Part shown: piece after piece, positions 9,705 through 19,680 of the stretch
Layout of the letters: each line of letters begins with the position of its first letter
Position numbering within the stretch: the first letter of the stretch is position 1
NCBI GenBank assembly: GCA_963707025.1
Contig: CAVPOM010000017.1
Location: 164,082-228,081 of the forward strand
Reading direction: 5' to 3'
Origin: an uncultured Verrucomicrobiae bacterium
GTDB lineage: Bacteria > Verrucomicrobiota > Verrucomicrobiia > Limisphaerales > Palsa-1400
Length of the DNA stretch: 64,000 nucleotides
The notes under the pieces: model-generated
What the model was told of the DNA's origin: nothing
The model's input: only the letters and a program-made list of their open reading frames with translations
Database searches by the model: none
Program-made: the position numbers and the translations under genes

Positions 9705-11287
9705 ATGAGCCAAGGCGTTGACAAGCGGTTTTCGGCGGGCAAATCGAAACTCATCCTGGGTGTGCTCGTCTGCGGTCTGATCGGCGCGGCGTTGGCCTTC
9801 CGCATCCCCGGCGCGGGCGGGGCTGGCGTCAGCACTACCTTCAAGCTGCGCGAGGTTTCCGCTTTTGGCGTGGACAAGGACCACTTCCTCCGGGGACAAC
9901 TCTGCCGCTGCCAGGACAAGCCATTCGCGGAGGTGAAGAATTATCCCGACTTCGCCTCCAAGGCGCCCATCTTCGGGTCGGTTCGGTTTGGCGCGAAAGC
10001 GGACCAGACCAACTCCGGCTGGCTGTATTATTTTGCCGTGGATGAAAGCCGCGGCACCGGCAAAGGCTATGACCGCCTTTATTTTGACAGCAACCAGGAC
10101 TTGGACTTGCGCAATGATCCGGTGGCCAAACTCCAGCAGCATTCGCCCGATCATGCTAATGCCGTGAACTTCGGCGGCACCAAGGCGAACGTGGCCTTCG
10201 ATTTTCTGAAGGTCAACCTGGCCGGCAGCGACGGCGCCTCCAACCTGGTGGAACTCATGCCGCGCCTCCTCGTCACGGCGAGCGACACGCAAACCTACTG
10301 CTACCTGTTTTTCGTGCGCACCCGCCTTTTTGAAGGCGACATCCGCATAGGCGGCGAAAAGTTTCACGCCCAGCTCGGCAATGATTATGCCATAACACCC
10401 GGCTTCGATTCCCCCTCGACCGCCCTGGTTCTGAGCCAGGGGCGCAATACCATTGATTGGTGGGGCGGGGACCGGCAATCGGCTATTCACAAGGTGGACG
10501 GCCACTTCTACCGCCTTTCCGCCACCCCGGCCGGCGAGTTGACCGTGCATCCTTATGAGGGAGAGTTGGGAACCTTTGAAGTGGGAGCAGGCGCCCGAAA
10601 ACTGACCAATTTCAGCCTGTCCGGTTCTTTGCGCGCCAAGGATTGGGCCGTGCCGGTGGGCGGCGACATCCAAGACGGCCGGCCTGTCGAGGCCAAGCGT
10701 TGCCAGATTCCGGTGGGCGATTACCTGCCGGAGTATCTCTCCCTGCAATTCGGCCGGCTGCAAATAAATGTTTCGCAAAACTACCATTCGGAAGGCAAAC
10801 GGCAGAGCCGGGAAGGCCGGGCGGACGTTTTCGGAATGGCCGTCCGCAAGGACCAGCCGTTCGTGCTGGATTTCTCCAACAAACCCGACGTGATGTTCGC
10901 TTCCCCCGCCCCGGGTCAGCGGATCAAAGCGGGCGACACCCTCATGGTCATGGCCGTGCTGGTGGACCCGAAACTGGACATCATGATCCGCGGACTGGAC
11001 GACACTTCGCGCAAGCAGACCAAGGATGCCGAGGGCAAGCCCCTGGGCTATGAACGGACCCTGCCGCTGGATCCCACCGTGATCATCACCGGGCCGGCGG
11101 CGAGAAAGTGGCTGAGGGCGTCATGCCCTTTGGGTGAGACGGCACCTGCGGGTATTCATGGCGAGTGCCAAAAGATCTCAAACTGGACGGCCGGGCGGAA
11201 ACTTTCAACATCCAGGTGTTTTACGACACGCTGGAACTTTACGGCAAGGTCAGCGCCAGCCGCCCCGTCACGGTCTATCGCGAATGA
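9705..11287 (+). CDS. putative exported selenoprotein A (FG-U-DGTC); Sec codon 11135-11137; one-base deletion near 11090
   Basis: N-terminal TM/signal and DSNQDLD loop. Restoring one C gives ...EKVAEGVMPFG-TGA-DGTCGYSWRVP... with 49 more codons to TGA 11285; SECIS-like hairpin follows. Confidence 0.75.
11151..11169 (+). promoter_or_regulatory. candidate bacterial SECIS of gene A
   Basis: GGUAUUC-AUGGC-GAGUGCC hairpin; loop begins +21 after UGA. Confidence 0.75.
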
Positions 11288-11361
11288 ACGGGGCGCCGGG
11301 CCGCGGATCAACCAAACTTGTCGTCCGCTGGCACAAAAATTCAATGAAAGAAAGAATCCTT

Positions 11362-12153
11362 ATGATCCCAAAGTTCCATAAAGCAAACCGCGGCTTTGCC
11401 GTGGCGGCCTTCTTGCTGGCGGGCCTCGGACTGGTGACGCTGACGGACGCGCAAACCGGCGCCAATCCCGACACCACGGCCCCCGCGCAGGCAGATGGTC
11501 CGCCGCGCATTCTCGCCACCTCGCCCAAGAGCGGCGTCAACAATGTGGATCCGGCTCTGAAGGAGATCACCATCACCTTTGACCGCGACATGGAAGGCGG
11601 CATGTCCTGGACCGGAGGCGGGCCGGCCTTTCCCAAATCGCCGGAGGGGGCGAAGGCCCGTTGGCGCGACAAGCGCACCTGCGTTTTGCCCGTGACGCTC
11701 CAAACCGGCCATGACTACCGCGTCGGCATCAATTCACCCAGCTTTCAGAATTTTCGGAGCGCCGCCAGCGTGCCGGCCGCGCCCACCGCCATTGTCTTCA
11801 GGACCAGCGGCCCGAAGGTCGAAAGCAAAGCGCCTGAGATTGTCAGCCTCAACCCGGCCAATGGCGCGAGCGATGTCAGCCCGGCGCTGACCGAGTTGCG
11901 GGTCACCTTCAACATGGCCATGGGGAATGGATGTTCCTGGACGGGCGGCGGTCCCAGGTATCCCGTTATTCCTGCCGGGAAGAAAGCTTCTTGGAGCAAG
12001 GACCACAAAACTTGTGTATTGCCGGTGGAGCTGAAACCAGGCTCGTCGTATCAATTGGGCCTCAATAGCCTGTCGTACAAAGGCTTTCAGAGCGAAGACG
12101 GCGTTCCGTTGAAACCGGTGACCTACACCTTCAAAACGAGCGATGCGCCGTGA
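11362..12153 (+). CDS. secreted protein with two tandem Ig-like (Big_5-type) domains
   Basis: Signal peptide and two repeats of 'P.I....P..G...V.PAL.E...TF...M..G.SWTGGGP..P...W..D..TCVLPV.L..G..Y..G.NS'. Confidence 0.7.
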   Translation: MIPKFHKANRGFAVAAFLLAGLGLVTLTDAQTGANPDTTAPAQADGPPRILATSPKSGVNNVDPALKEITITFDRDMEGGMSWTGGGPAFPKSPEGAKARWRDKRTCVLPVTLQTGHDYRVGINSPSFQNFRSAASVPAAPTAIVFRTSGPKVESKAPEIVSLNPANGASDVSPALTELRVTFNMAMGNGCSWTGGGPRYPVIPAGKKASWSKDHKTCVLPVELKPGSSYQLGLNSLSYKGFQSEDGVPLKPVTYTFKTSDAP

Positions 12154-12190
12154 CTGTTCCGTAACGCGCTGATGCTTCCCGGGCTGCTGA

Positions 12191-13957
12191 ATGGTTGCCA
12201 TCAATGTTATGAAACCTGATCGGGCCGCCAGAACCTCCCTGATCATTCCTCGATGTTTCCAAGCAGCCGCTGCCGGAAACACCGGGGTTCTGCTGGCGTC
12301 TTTGATTTTGTTTCTCTCCGCTTGCCCGCCAGCCAAGGCCCGCGAAAGTCCACCTGCCGCCGGGGCCGCGGTTGGCGCCGCAGTTGACTTGTTGCAACGC
12401 TATCCGACCAAGTTGGCGGCGGGCGATACCAACCCGAATCAAGCCCGGTCATGGGAATTCACGGACGGCGACATCTTTCGGGTGACACAGTTTCGTCTGG
12501 CGGCGGGCAAGGAATTGCGGGTGGAGACAGGGCCCGCTGACCTGGGCATCGGCCACTGCGCGGATGGCGCCGTCTGGGCGGTGCTCATCCCGCGAGCCGG
12601 CGGAACACTGACCAGTCAAGAGAGCAACCAGGAAGCCATCGCCCATGTGTGGCTTCGGTTTCACCCGAAGGAGATCAGACACCTGTTCCCGCCGGAGACG
12701 GTGTTCGCCGGCGGAGCTGTCAACTTGTCAGCCCAGATGCGCCTCATTGCCAATGCCAAGATGACTTCAAGCTGGCAGGCCGGAGGCAGGGCCATGATTC
12801 CGGAGCCAAAGGACATGACCGTGGATGTGGATGCCAAGAATGGCTGGCGTCGGTTCTTCGCGGTGGATCAGCAGTCCCAAACGGCAGAATACGTTGACGC
12901 CTTCGCCAACCGGTCCGTCAAGCTCCCGCCGCCTCTGACGCAAGGCGCAGCCCAGGCGGCTTTTGATCAACTCTGGGAGGCATTCGATCGCGACTACGCC
13001 ATGTTCGTGCTCCGCCCGGAAGTGGATTGGGCAAAGTTGCGCGAGCAGTATCGTCCGCCGGCGCTCGCCAGCAAATCCGCCTATGAGTTGGCCGGCGTCT
13101 GCGCGGACATGCTGGCCAAGCTCCGCGACCTGCACATCTGGCTGACGGTCGCCGGCGCGCCAGTCCCGGTGTTTAACCGGCCCCGGTCAGCCAATGCCAA
13201 TCCGCGAGCCTGCCAGGCCCTTCTCGGCGGTTTCAAACAGGAAGGACGGGTGGCTTGGGCCGTCACGACCAACCACATCGGCTTCATCGCCATCTTCGGC
13301 TGGGACGATCCGAAGATTCCGGCGCAGTGCGGCGAAGCCCTGGAACAAATGCGCGCTACCCGCGGGCTGATTGTGGATGTGCGCCTGAACGGCGGTGGTG
13401 GCGAACCATTGGCCGCACGATTCGCGGGCCGTTTTCTGGAGAAGGAGTTCGTCTATGCCTTTAGCCAGTTTCGGAACGGCCCAAGCCACACGAACCTGAC
13501 GGACAAGTCCCAACGCGCCATCGCGCCGCGCGGGCCGTGGCGCTACGACCGTCCCGTCCTGTTGCTCATCGGCCAGAAGTGCATGAGCAGCGATGAATCC
13601 TTCGTCGGCATGATGACGGGCGACCCGCAGGTCACGACCATGGGCGATCACACTTGCGGCTCCAGCGGCAACCCCGAAATCGTCCGCCTGCCACTGGACA
13701 TGACGGTGAGCGTGCCGCAGTGGATTGATTACCTGCCGGACGGCACGCCGCTGGATGAGCGCGGGTTCCAACCGCAGATTCCGTTTCAGCCGGCGCCCGG
13801 CGCGTTTGAAGGCGGTCGGGACGACCTGCTCGCCGCCGCGCTGGCGCGTCTGAGTCAGGCGCCTTTGCCCGGCAAACAGATTGAAGGACCCGTGTTTGAA
13901 CCCGCGACTTCCGACCTGCCGGATCATAGCCAGGGCGTGGAGGAAGAAGCCAAGTGA
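12191..13957 (+). CDS. secreted S41 family peptidase
   Basis: FDQLWEAFDRDY (tricorn C1-like), LIVDVRLNGGG, CMSSDESF (catalytic Ser), GDHTCGSSGNP. Confidence 0.8.
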   Translation: MVAINVMKPDRAARTSLIIPRCFQAAAAGNTGVLLASLILFLSACPPAKARESPPAAGAAVGAAVDLLQRYPTKLAAGDTNPNQARSWEFTDGDIFRVTQFRLAAGKELRVETGPADLGIGHCADGAVWAVLIPRAGGTLTSQESNQEAIAHVWLRFHPKEIRHLFPPETVFAGGAVNLSAQMRLIANAKMTSSWQAGGRAMIPEPKDMTVDVDAKNGWRRFFAVDQQSQTAEYVDAFANRSVKLPPPLTQGAAQAAFDQLWEAFDRDYAMFVLRPEVDWAKLREQYRPPALASKSAYELAGVCADMLAKLRDLHIWLTVAGAPVPVFNRPRSANANPRACQALLGGFKQEGRVAWAVTTNHIGFIAIFGWDDPKIPAQCGEALEQMRATRGLIVDVRLNGGGGEPLAARFAGRFLEKEFVYAFSQFRNGPSHTNLTDKSQRAIAPRGPWRYDRPVLLLIGQKCMSSDESFVGMMTGDPQVTTMGDHTCGSSGNPEIVRLPLDMTVSVPQWIDYLPDGTPLDERGFQPQIPFQPAPGAFEGGRDDLLAAALARLSQAPLPGKQIEGPVFEPATSDLPDHSQGVEEEAK

Positions 13958-14004
13958 ACGTGCGGTGCGGCAAAAAAGCCCCCCAAGTCACCGCCAGCAG
14001 CGCG

Positions 14005-14892
14005 TTAAATTGATGACTTGTTCGTATCGCTCGGCGGCGTGTTTTGCGGCAGGGCGAAGCACGGCTCCAGGGCGCCGCAGGTGGCGCATTCCAGGCAGCG
14101 GATGCAGCCGGAGACGTTGACGGCCTGGTCCACTTTCACGCCCATCGAGCAGCGGCTGCGGCAGAGGTTGCATTCGACGCACTGCTGAGGATTGAACCGG
14201 AGATGAAACAGGCTGAATCGGTTGAAGAGCGCGAGCAGTCCGCCGAGCGGACAAAACATCCGGCACCACGGCCGGTGAATGAAAAGCGCGACGGCAAGGA
14301 ATGAAAGCAAAAGCCCGGTCTTAAAACCGCTCATGATCCACCCGTGGCCGGCCAGCAGGCTTTGCACCGAGTAAGGCACGCCCGCTTCCAGCGCGCCCGC
14401 CGGACAAAGCCGGCAGATGGACACCACCTGCTTCTCAAACGGAATGCCTTTGTAACCCAAAATCAGCGGCAAAAGAATCACCAGCCCGCCCAGAACCACG
14501 TAACGGATGCTGCCGGTCCAGGACGGCAGGTTGATTTTCCGAGTTGTGATTTTGCCAAGCAAGTCCTGGAGAAAACCGAACGGACAAGCCCAGCCGCAGA
14601 CGATGGAACCGCCCACCGCGCCAACCAGCAGCAGCACGCCGATCAACAAATACGGCGCTTCCCCAACCACCGGCAGCAGCGCCGCGTAGTTCGCCATCAC
14701 CCCTATCGGGCAGGCGAAAGCCGACAGCGGGCACGAGTAGCAGTGGAACACGCAGCCGGGAATGCCATGCAGCCATTGGCCCGCCGGCGCCAGCCACACC
14801 CCCAGAAAACCGGTTTGCACCCAGGGACGGACGCGGGCAAGCATCCGCCCTCGAGCGGCGGCCTGGGGCAATGCTGGTGGCTGATGGCTCAT
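14005..14892 (-). CDS. membrane-bound 4Fe-4S binding protein (NapH/MauN/YccM-like)
   Basis: TM helices with CYSCP..ACPIG, CGWACPFG, CRLCPAG, CRMFCPLG and ferredoxin motifs CVECNLCRSRC, CIRCLEC. Confidence 0.85.
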   Translation of the reverse strand: MSHQPPALPQAAARGRMLARVRPWVQTGFLGVWLAPAGQWLHGIPGCVFHCYSCPLSAFACPIGVMANYAALLPVVGEAPYLLIGVLLLVGAVGGSIVCGWACPFGFLQDLLGKITTRKINLPSWTGSIRYVVLGGLVILLPLILGYKGIPFEKQVVSICRLCPAGALEAGVPYSVQSLLAGHGWIMSGFKTGLLLSFLAVALFIHRPWCRMFCPLGGLLALFNRFSLFHLRFNPQQCVECNLCRSRCSMGVKVDQAVNVSGCIRCLECATCGALEPCFALPQNTPPSDTNKSSI

Positions 14893-14902
14893 GGATTAAG
14901 AG

Positions 14903-15430
14903 GGCTGAAGGCTGAAGGCTAAAGGCTGAAACATGGGGGTTGTGGGAAAAATCTTCATGAATTTAGCTTTTTGCGCAGCCTTTGGCCGTTTTATCAACGC
15001 TTGTGAAAATTGCGATGAGTTGGCGCGTTTCCTCGAGCAAGCCGGCCATCCGGGCTTGCGTGACACAACCGCCTTCCACCAGCAGTCCGAGCCAATACTC
15101 GGTTTCTTCGATTTCCTTGAGACAGTCTCCAACCTTGGAAATAAACTCGGCTTTCGACCGTCCGCGCGAAGCCTCGCGATAATTCGCCCCGACCGAAGTT
15201 CCCGAACGAAGCACCTGCTTGCCCAGCACTTGCGCAACCGTGCTGGACTTGGGCAACTTGGAATACAAATGAATGATCCGAAGCGCGAACGCCTTCGTTC
15301 TCGGTTTCAAATCTTGCGGCTCATCACTCATAATGCAAACGACAGATTTCACATTCAAATTCAAACTTATCTCAAAAACGCAGCCGATTTTAGCCTTCAA
15401 CCTTTAGCCTTCAGCCTTTAGCCTTTAGCC
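14903..15430. repeat. inverted heptamer arrays (GGCTRAA)x4 and (TTYARCC)x6 flanking the four-helix-bundle gene
   Basis: 14903-14930 and 15389-15430 are mutually reverse-complementary tandem arrays. Confidence 0.85.
14963..15331 (-). CDS. four helix bundle protein (23S rRNA IVP-like family)
   Basis: RTKAFALRII...QVLRSGTSVGANYREA.RGRSKAEFISK...E.EETEYWL. Confidence 0.9.
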   Translation of the reverse strand: MSDEPQDLKPRTKAFALRIIHLYSKLPKSSTVAQVLGKQVLRSGTSVGANYREASRGRSKAEFISKVGDCLKEIEETEYWLGLLVEGGCVTQARMAGLLEETRQLIAIFTSVDKTAKGCAKS

Positions 15431-15438
15431 TTTCTAAT

Positions 15439-15457
15439 CGGCCACGCCATGCGGCCG
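15439..15457 (-). promoter_or_regulatory. candidate SECIS of gene D, located in the 3' UTR
   Basis: CGGCCGC-AUGGC-GUGGCCG; loop begins +21 after UGA. Confidence 0.75.
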
Positions 15458-15461
15458 GGGT

Positions 15462-15836
15462 TTATTTCATTCAAGTGGGACAGGGTGTTTTTGCGCTCGT
15501 GTTTACGCGGATTTTCCACGCCGGCGGCCGGTAATTGGCCTGTTGTTTGGCCCAGCGGTCCAGCGCCTCGCCCGGATTGGCCACGTTATCCAATTTGGGC
15601 GGCGGTGGCGGCGCAACCTGGTCCGGGTATTGCAGGCCGCTGGAGGAGAAGGCCGTGACCAACTGCGTTTCCCACGCGGTGTTGCCGTCCACCGTGTCCA
15701 CCTTGGTCAGATGCCGCGCGCCGCAAAAAACCACCACCGCGCCGGTCAGCGCCACGACGAATCCGCCCCAGAAATCGTGGCCTTCCCGCGCGCGCAACGC
15801 GCGGTTGACCGGTGGCTGTGGGACTCGTTTGAACAT
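15462..15836 (-). CDS. putative membrane-anchored selenoprotein D with C-terminal CxxU (CPTU-MK-stop); Sec codon 15471-15473
   Basis: One TM (FWGGFVVALTGAVVVFCGA); ends TGT CCC ACT TGA ATG AAA TAA; starts 25 nt after tRNA-Sec; SECIS-like hairpin follows. Confidence 0.75.
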
Positions 15837-15860
15837 GCTAAAGGGGTGGAGGGGGCAAAT

Positions 15861-15957
15861 TGGCGGAGGTGGATGGGAATCGAACCCACCTGGGACTTTG
15901 TTGAGCCCCACACTGGTTTTGAAGACCAGGAGCGCCACCAGGCCGCCCCACACCTCC
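15861..15957 (-). tRNA. selC: tRNA-Sec (anticodon UCA)
   Basis: GGAGGTG...CTGGTCTTCAAAACCAG, long variable arm, GGTTCGATTCC, ...CACCTCCGCCA; 97 nt with encoded CCA. Confidence 0.95.
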
Positions 15958-16271
15958 GCACCGGGTCGCTGCGCCGCCGGCCGATGGCAGGCGTGATTTA
16001 TTTCCGGTGGGCTTCCTCATACACCTATTGTGACAGGTTTGGCCGATACTTCAATGCGAATAAATTACATCGGCCAATCAACGTCTGTCATCCTGCCGCC
16101 CAAGCCCGCCACAATCAGGCCAAACACCAAAAGTATGTATCCGACAGTCGCCATCCCTTCGTAAATTAAACCATGCCGATCAACATGCTGCTCGTGAAAC
16201 TCAACCCGGCCGCTAGCGCGATCACTTCGCCAGTTTTTTGATCTCCGCCTCCAGTTCGTCGAGGGCAAAAT

Positions 16272-17540
16272 CTAAGTTCTTGGTTTGAGCATCAGCGGAC
16301 TGGTCTCCACCTGGAACGGGCTGACAATTTTGACGCTGCCAGTCAACGGACGCTGCGTATTTTTGGGCTCCCGCCATGAGAGCGAACAAACGCCGCCTCA
16401 TCCAAACTCGAAAGTGCTGGAAAAAACCAGGGTTCCAGTGGTGCTGGCCAGCACCAGTTTTGGCCCCTGCGGGCGCTGCCCGCCGCGCAGCATTTCTATG
16501 GATTCCTCCTGCCGGCCCACAAATTGGAGACTAAAGTTGATCTGGCGGTCGGCCCCCTCCGCCGCCTTGAGCACGGCTTGCACCGGCTCGCCGATTTTGA
16601 GCAAGGCGGTCTTGTCGGCGGCGACCTGGAAGCCGGCGGTTTTTGGAAAACCAGAGCCGGACAGCGTCCAGGCCGCCCCTTTTTCATCCTTGCGGTTGAT
16701 CGTCCAGCGGACGACCCGGTAATGGCCGGCCGGCAAGGTGACTTCGCCGTTGACCGGTTTGCGCACGAAATGGCCGTTCTCACCGAAAACGACCAGTTCG
16801 GAAATGTTTTCCGGCACGCGCACCTGGCCGAGCGTGACGTCCTCCGCCTTTTGCACCTTGACAAACGCGCCGTCGCGGGCCACTTCGATCCGGTAAAGCT
16901 TGCCGTTGACTTCCAGCATCCGGCCCAAGAAATGTTCGCTGGTCTGGTCGCCCTCGATCTGGACTCGGTCGCTGTCATAGGCATCGGCGCCGACGTCGTT
17001 GAACGTGCCATTGACGTTGCCGTCAATCAGTTGGAGGCGCTTTTTCACGCCGTCGAAGTTCACCATCCCTTCATACCAGCCGGCGGAGGAGGCCAGCAAT
17101 TCCGCGGGGCCGGTTGCGGATTCATAAAGCCGGAACTCCAGATGATAGGTGATCGGCCCGTCCCCGCCCTTGAAAACCAGGCGGGCCGGCGGAAATTCGG
17201 CGTTGGGATTGGCCCGCGCTTGGAGAGGCGTTTTGTCGTCCAGCCGGCCATTGCCGTTGCTGTCAATGAAGAGCCGGTCATACGGCCCGCCCTTGCGCGA
17301 GCGGTCCAGGCAAACCCAGCGCCCGCCGCTGGGATCCATCGGCGTCACCCAGCGCGCGAAATAGGGCGCGGCGTTCAGCTTGGGCAGGGCGACGCCGGGC
17401 GGCGGATTGGTGGTCAGGTCCAATTGGTGGTAGGCCTGGCCCTGCGCCCCGGTGTGGTATTGCAGCCTTTGCTCCGTTTGCGCCCAGGCGCTGCCGGCCA
17501 GAACCATTCCGGCCAGAATCAATTGTTTGGAAAATTTCAT
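16272..17540 (-). CDS. putative exported selenoprotein B (FG-U-GGVC); Sec codon 16398-16400
   Basis: Signal peptide; DSNGNGRLDD and DGNVNG loops; ...STFEFG-TGA-GGVCSLSWREP... with 41 more codons to TAG. Confidence 0.8.
16367..16383 (-). promoter_or_regulatory. candidate SECIS of gene B
   Basis: GCUCUC-AUGGC-GGGAGC; loop begins +21 after UGA. Confidence 0.75.
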
Positions 17541-17571
17541 AAGGTCGCGGTTGATTTTTTCTTCCTCAAAT

Positions 17572-19680
17572 TCAAGTTTTCAGACTGGCCTCCAGCAATG
17601 GCGCCCTCACCGGCGGCAACTCCGGCTTCACGTGCAGCAGCGATTTGAGCCGTTCGCGGTAAAATGGACTGGCCGACGACAGGATCAAGAACGGCAGCAG
17701 CACCGCGAAATGGAAGGCCGCCACCAGGAGAACGGGAGCAAACAATACGCTCCAGTCAATCCGCCCGCTTGAGCCTATCATCTCTATTAAAAAGAAAGGC
17801 AAGCCGATCAGCACCCAGAGAACGGCCGGCAGGACGAGCAGCCAGATATAAAGTCCGAGCGGACGGTAACGACCGCGGCAAATCAGGCCGGCAAGACTCA
17901 GCGCCACCGAACTGACCAGAACGCACAGGGCCAGCGCCACGGCGACTGGAAACGCTTCGTCCGTGGAACTCCAGTCTTGCCGCGCGACAAAGGCCAGCCC
18001 GCTGAAACCCGTCAAGACGGACAGGATGCACAGAAAAGTGACGAACCGATGTTGCCGCCGCAGATAATTTGACAGAAGCCAGACTGCGGCCAGACCAACC
18101 GCCAGCGCGGCGATGACATCCAGGAAAAAATTCGTTCCCGGTGGCAGGATGTCCGGCGGCGCCAGGGTCAGCGCGATCAGGCATCCGAGCGGCAGCCAGA
18201 TCAACCACGCGGCGCCACAACGATTGGGTTTGAAGGCGAGCAACCCCAGGATGGCCAGCCACGGCAGCAACAGCGGCGCAAAACCGGGCAGCACCCAGTC
18301 GTAGGCGACCTGCGGCCCTTCCTTCGCGCCCAGCGCACCGAGGTCCGACGAAGCCACAATGGCCAGTTTGCCGCCGGCGGTGAGAGGCACTCGCCACGAG
18401 TGCGAACAGGTCCCGCCTCAGCCAAACTCAAAATCGCCCGTCGCAATTTTCTTTTCCCCGCAGTAAATCGCGAAGGCCGGCGGCTTGGAGCGGTCTTGCG
18501 CCGCCATTTGGTAAGATTCGCGGCCCGCGCCCACCAGGAGATAATCCAGCCGCAAATCCTGCCCGTGGCGGCTGGCGCTGACGGTATTGGTCAACGGCCC
18601 GCCCACGTTCAACACCAGCGGGGTCTTGCCGTCCACCGCCATTTGCCCGAGGCTCTGCGTCTGGTTGGCACTGCGGAAGGCCGCGGCCCCGTTTTTTTCG
18701 AGCTGGATCTCAAGCTGGTTGTAGCTGCCGGTCGGAATTTTGACCAGGCCTGCCGGCTGATCGAGCATCACCAGATACGGCCCGCCGCTCAGAACCAGGC
18801 GGCCGATCAATTGGCCGGTGATTTTCACTTCGCCCAGCGCGACGGATTGCTCGGTGAATTGGAGCGTCGGCCTGGCTTCGCCGTTTTCCGAACCTGCGGT
18901 CCACTCCAGTTGATAGGCGTGGCCATCCACGAAAACTTTCCGCGAAGGGGGAACAGGAACACTGGCGAGCAAACCGTCGCCCGCGTTGAACGCCTGGGCT
19001 CGCTTTTCCCAGGGGCGCAGCAGCAACCGGCTGTTCTGCAACAAGCCCGACGGGCCCCAGATATTTTGCACGATGCCCACCTGCCAGTCCCGCCCTTGCA
19101 AGGTCATTTTGCCTTGCCAGAACGAGCGCACCGCCGCGGAACAGACAAGTTGCGAAGGCGGACCATAGTCATAGAAGTTGAGGTCCGCCAGCACCCGCCA
19201 CCTGCCGGCAGGGGTGTTGAAAAGCAGGTGGACGTTCGTGAAGCCCTGATAATTTGCCGGCCCCGTCGCGCCGGCCAAAAACACGCCGGAGGGATCGTCG
19301 GTCAAATCCTGGTTGCGATTGAGGTCCAGGTAAAGTTTGCGCGCGTCGCGCTGCCAGAGAAAGGCAATGGCATTGCCCGCATCGCCCGCGAAATTCAAAG
19401 CGCCGCGAGCGATTTTGCCCGAAAGCGCCGCCGGCTCCTTTTTGAAAGGCATGGATTGCGTCCCCAGGCCAACGCCCCAGTTGTTGACGCTATAGGCTGT
19501 TTCCTGATATTCCAGCGAAGCCACCGTCGCGTTTGAGGAGGGGGAACCGGCCGGCGCGCCCTCCGCCGCGAGAAGAACAGCTCCCGGCCAAAATACCGCC
19601 ATCAGCGTCCACGTCAGCCGGGCCACCCGGACGTTTCCAAGGCACCGCCAAGATAAACCATCAGTCCTTTGCTTTGCCAT
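17572..19680 (-). CDS. putative selenoprotein C (FG-U-GGTC): exported domain fused through Sec to a multi-pass membrane domain; Sec codon 18418-18420
   Basis: ORFs 18418-19698 and 17572-18390 are in one frame separated only by the TGA: ...GDFEFG-TGA-GGTCSHSWRVPLTAGG... Confidence 0.82.
18387..18403 (-). promoter_or_regulatory. candidate SECIS of gene C
   Basis: GCACUC-GUGGC-GAGUGC perfect stem; loop begins +21 after UGA. Confidence 0.78.

Noticed and set aside
9477..11381. 634-aa ORF as called by the ORF track
   Set aside because: The tail after about 11090 is out of frame; the alternative frame matches the paralogs' FG-U motif.
15861..15900. selC used as an integration site for the island
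   Set aside because: No duplicated tRNA 3' end and no integrase nearby.
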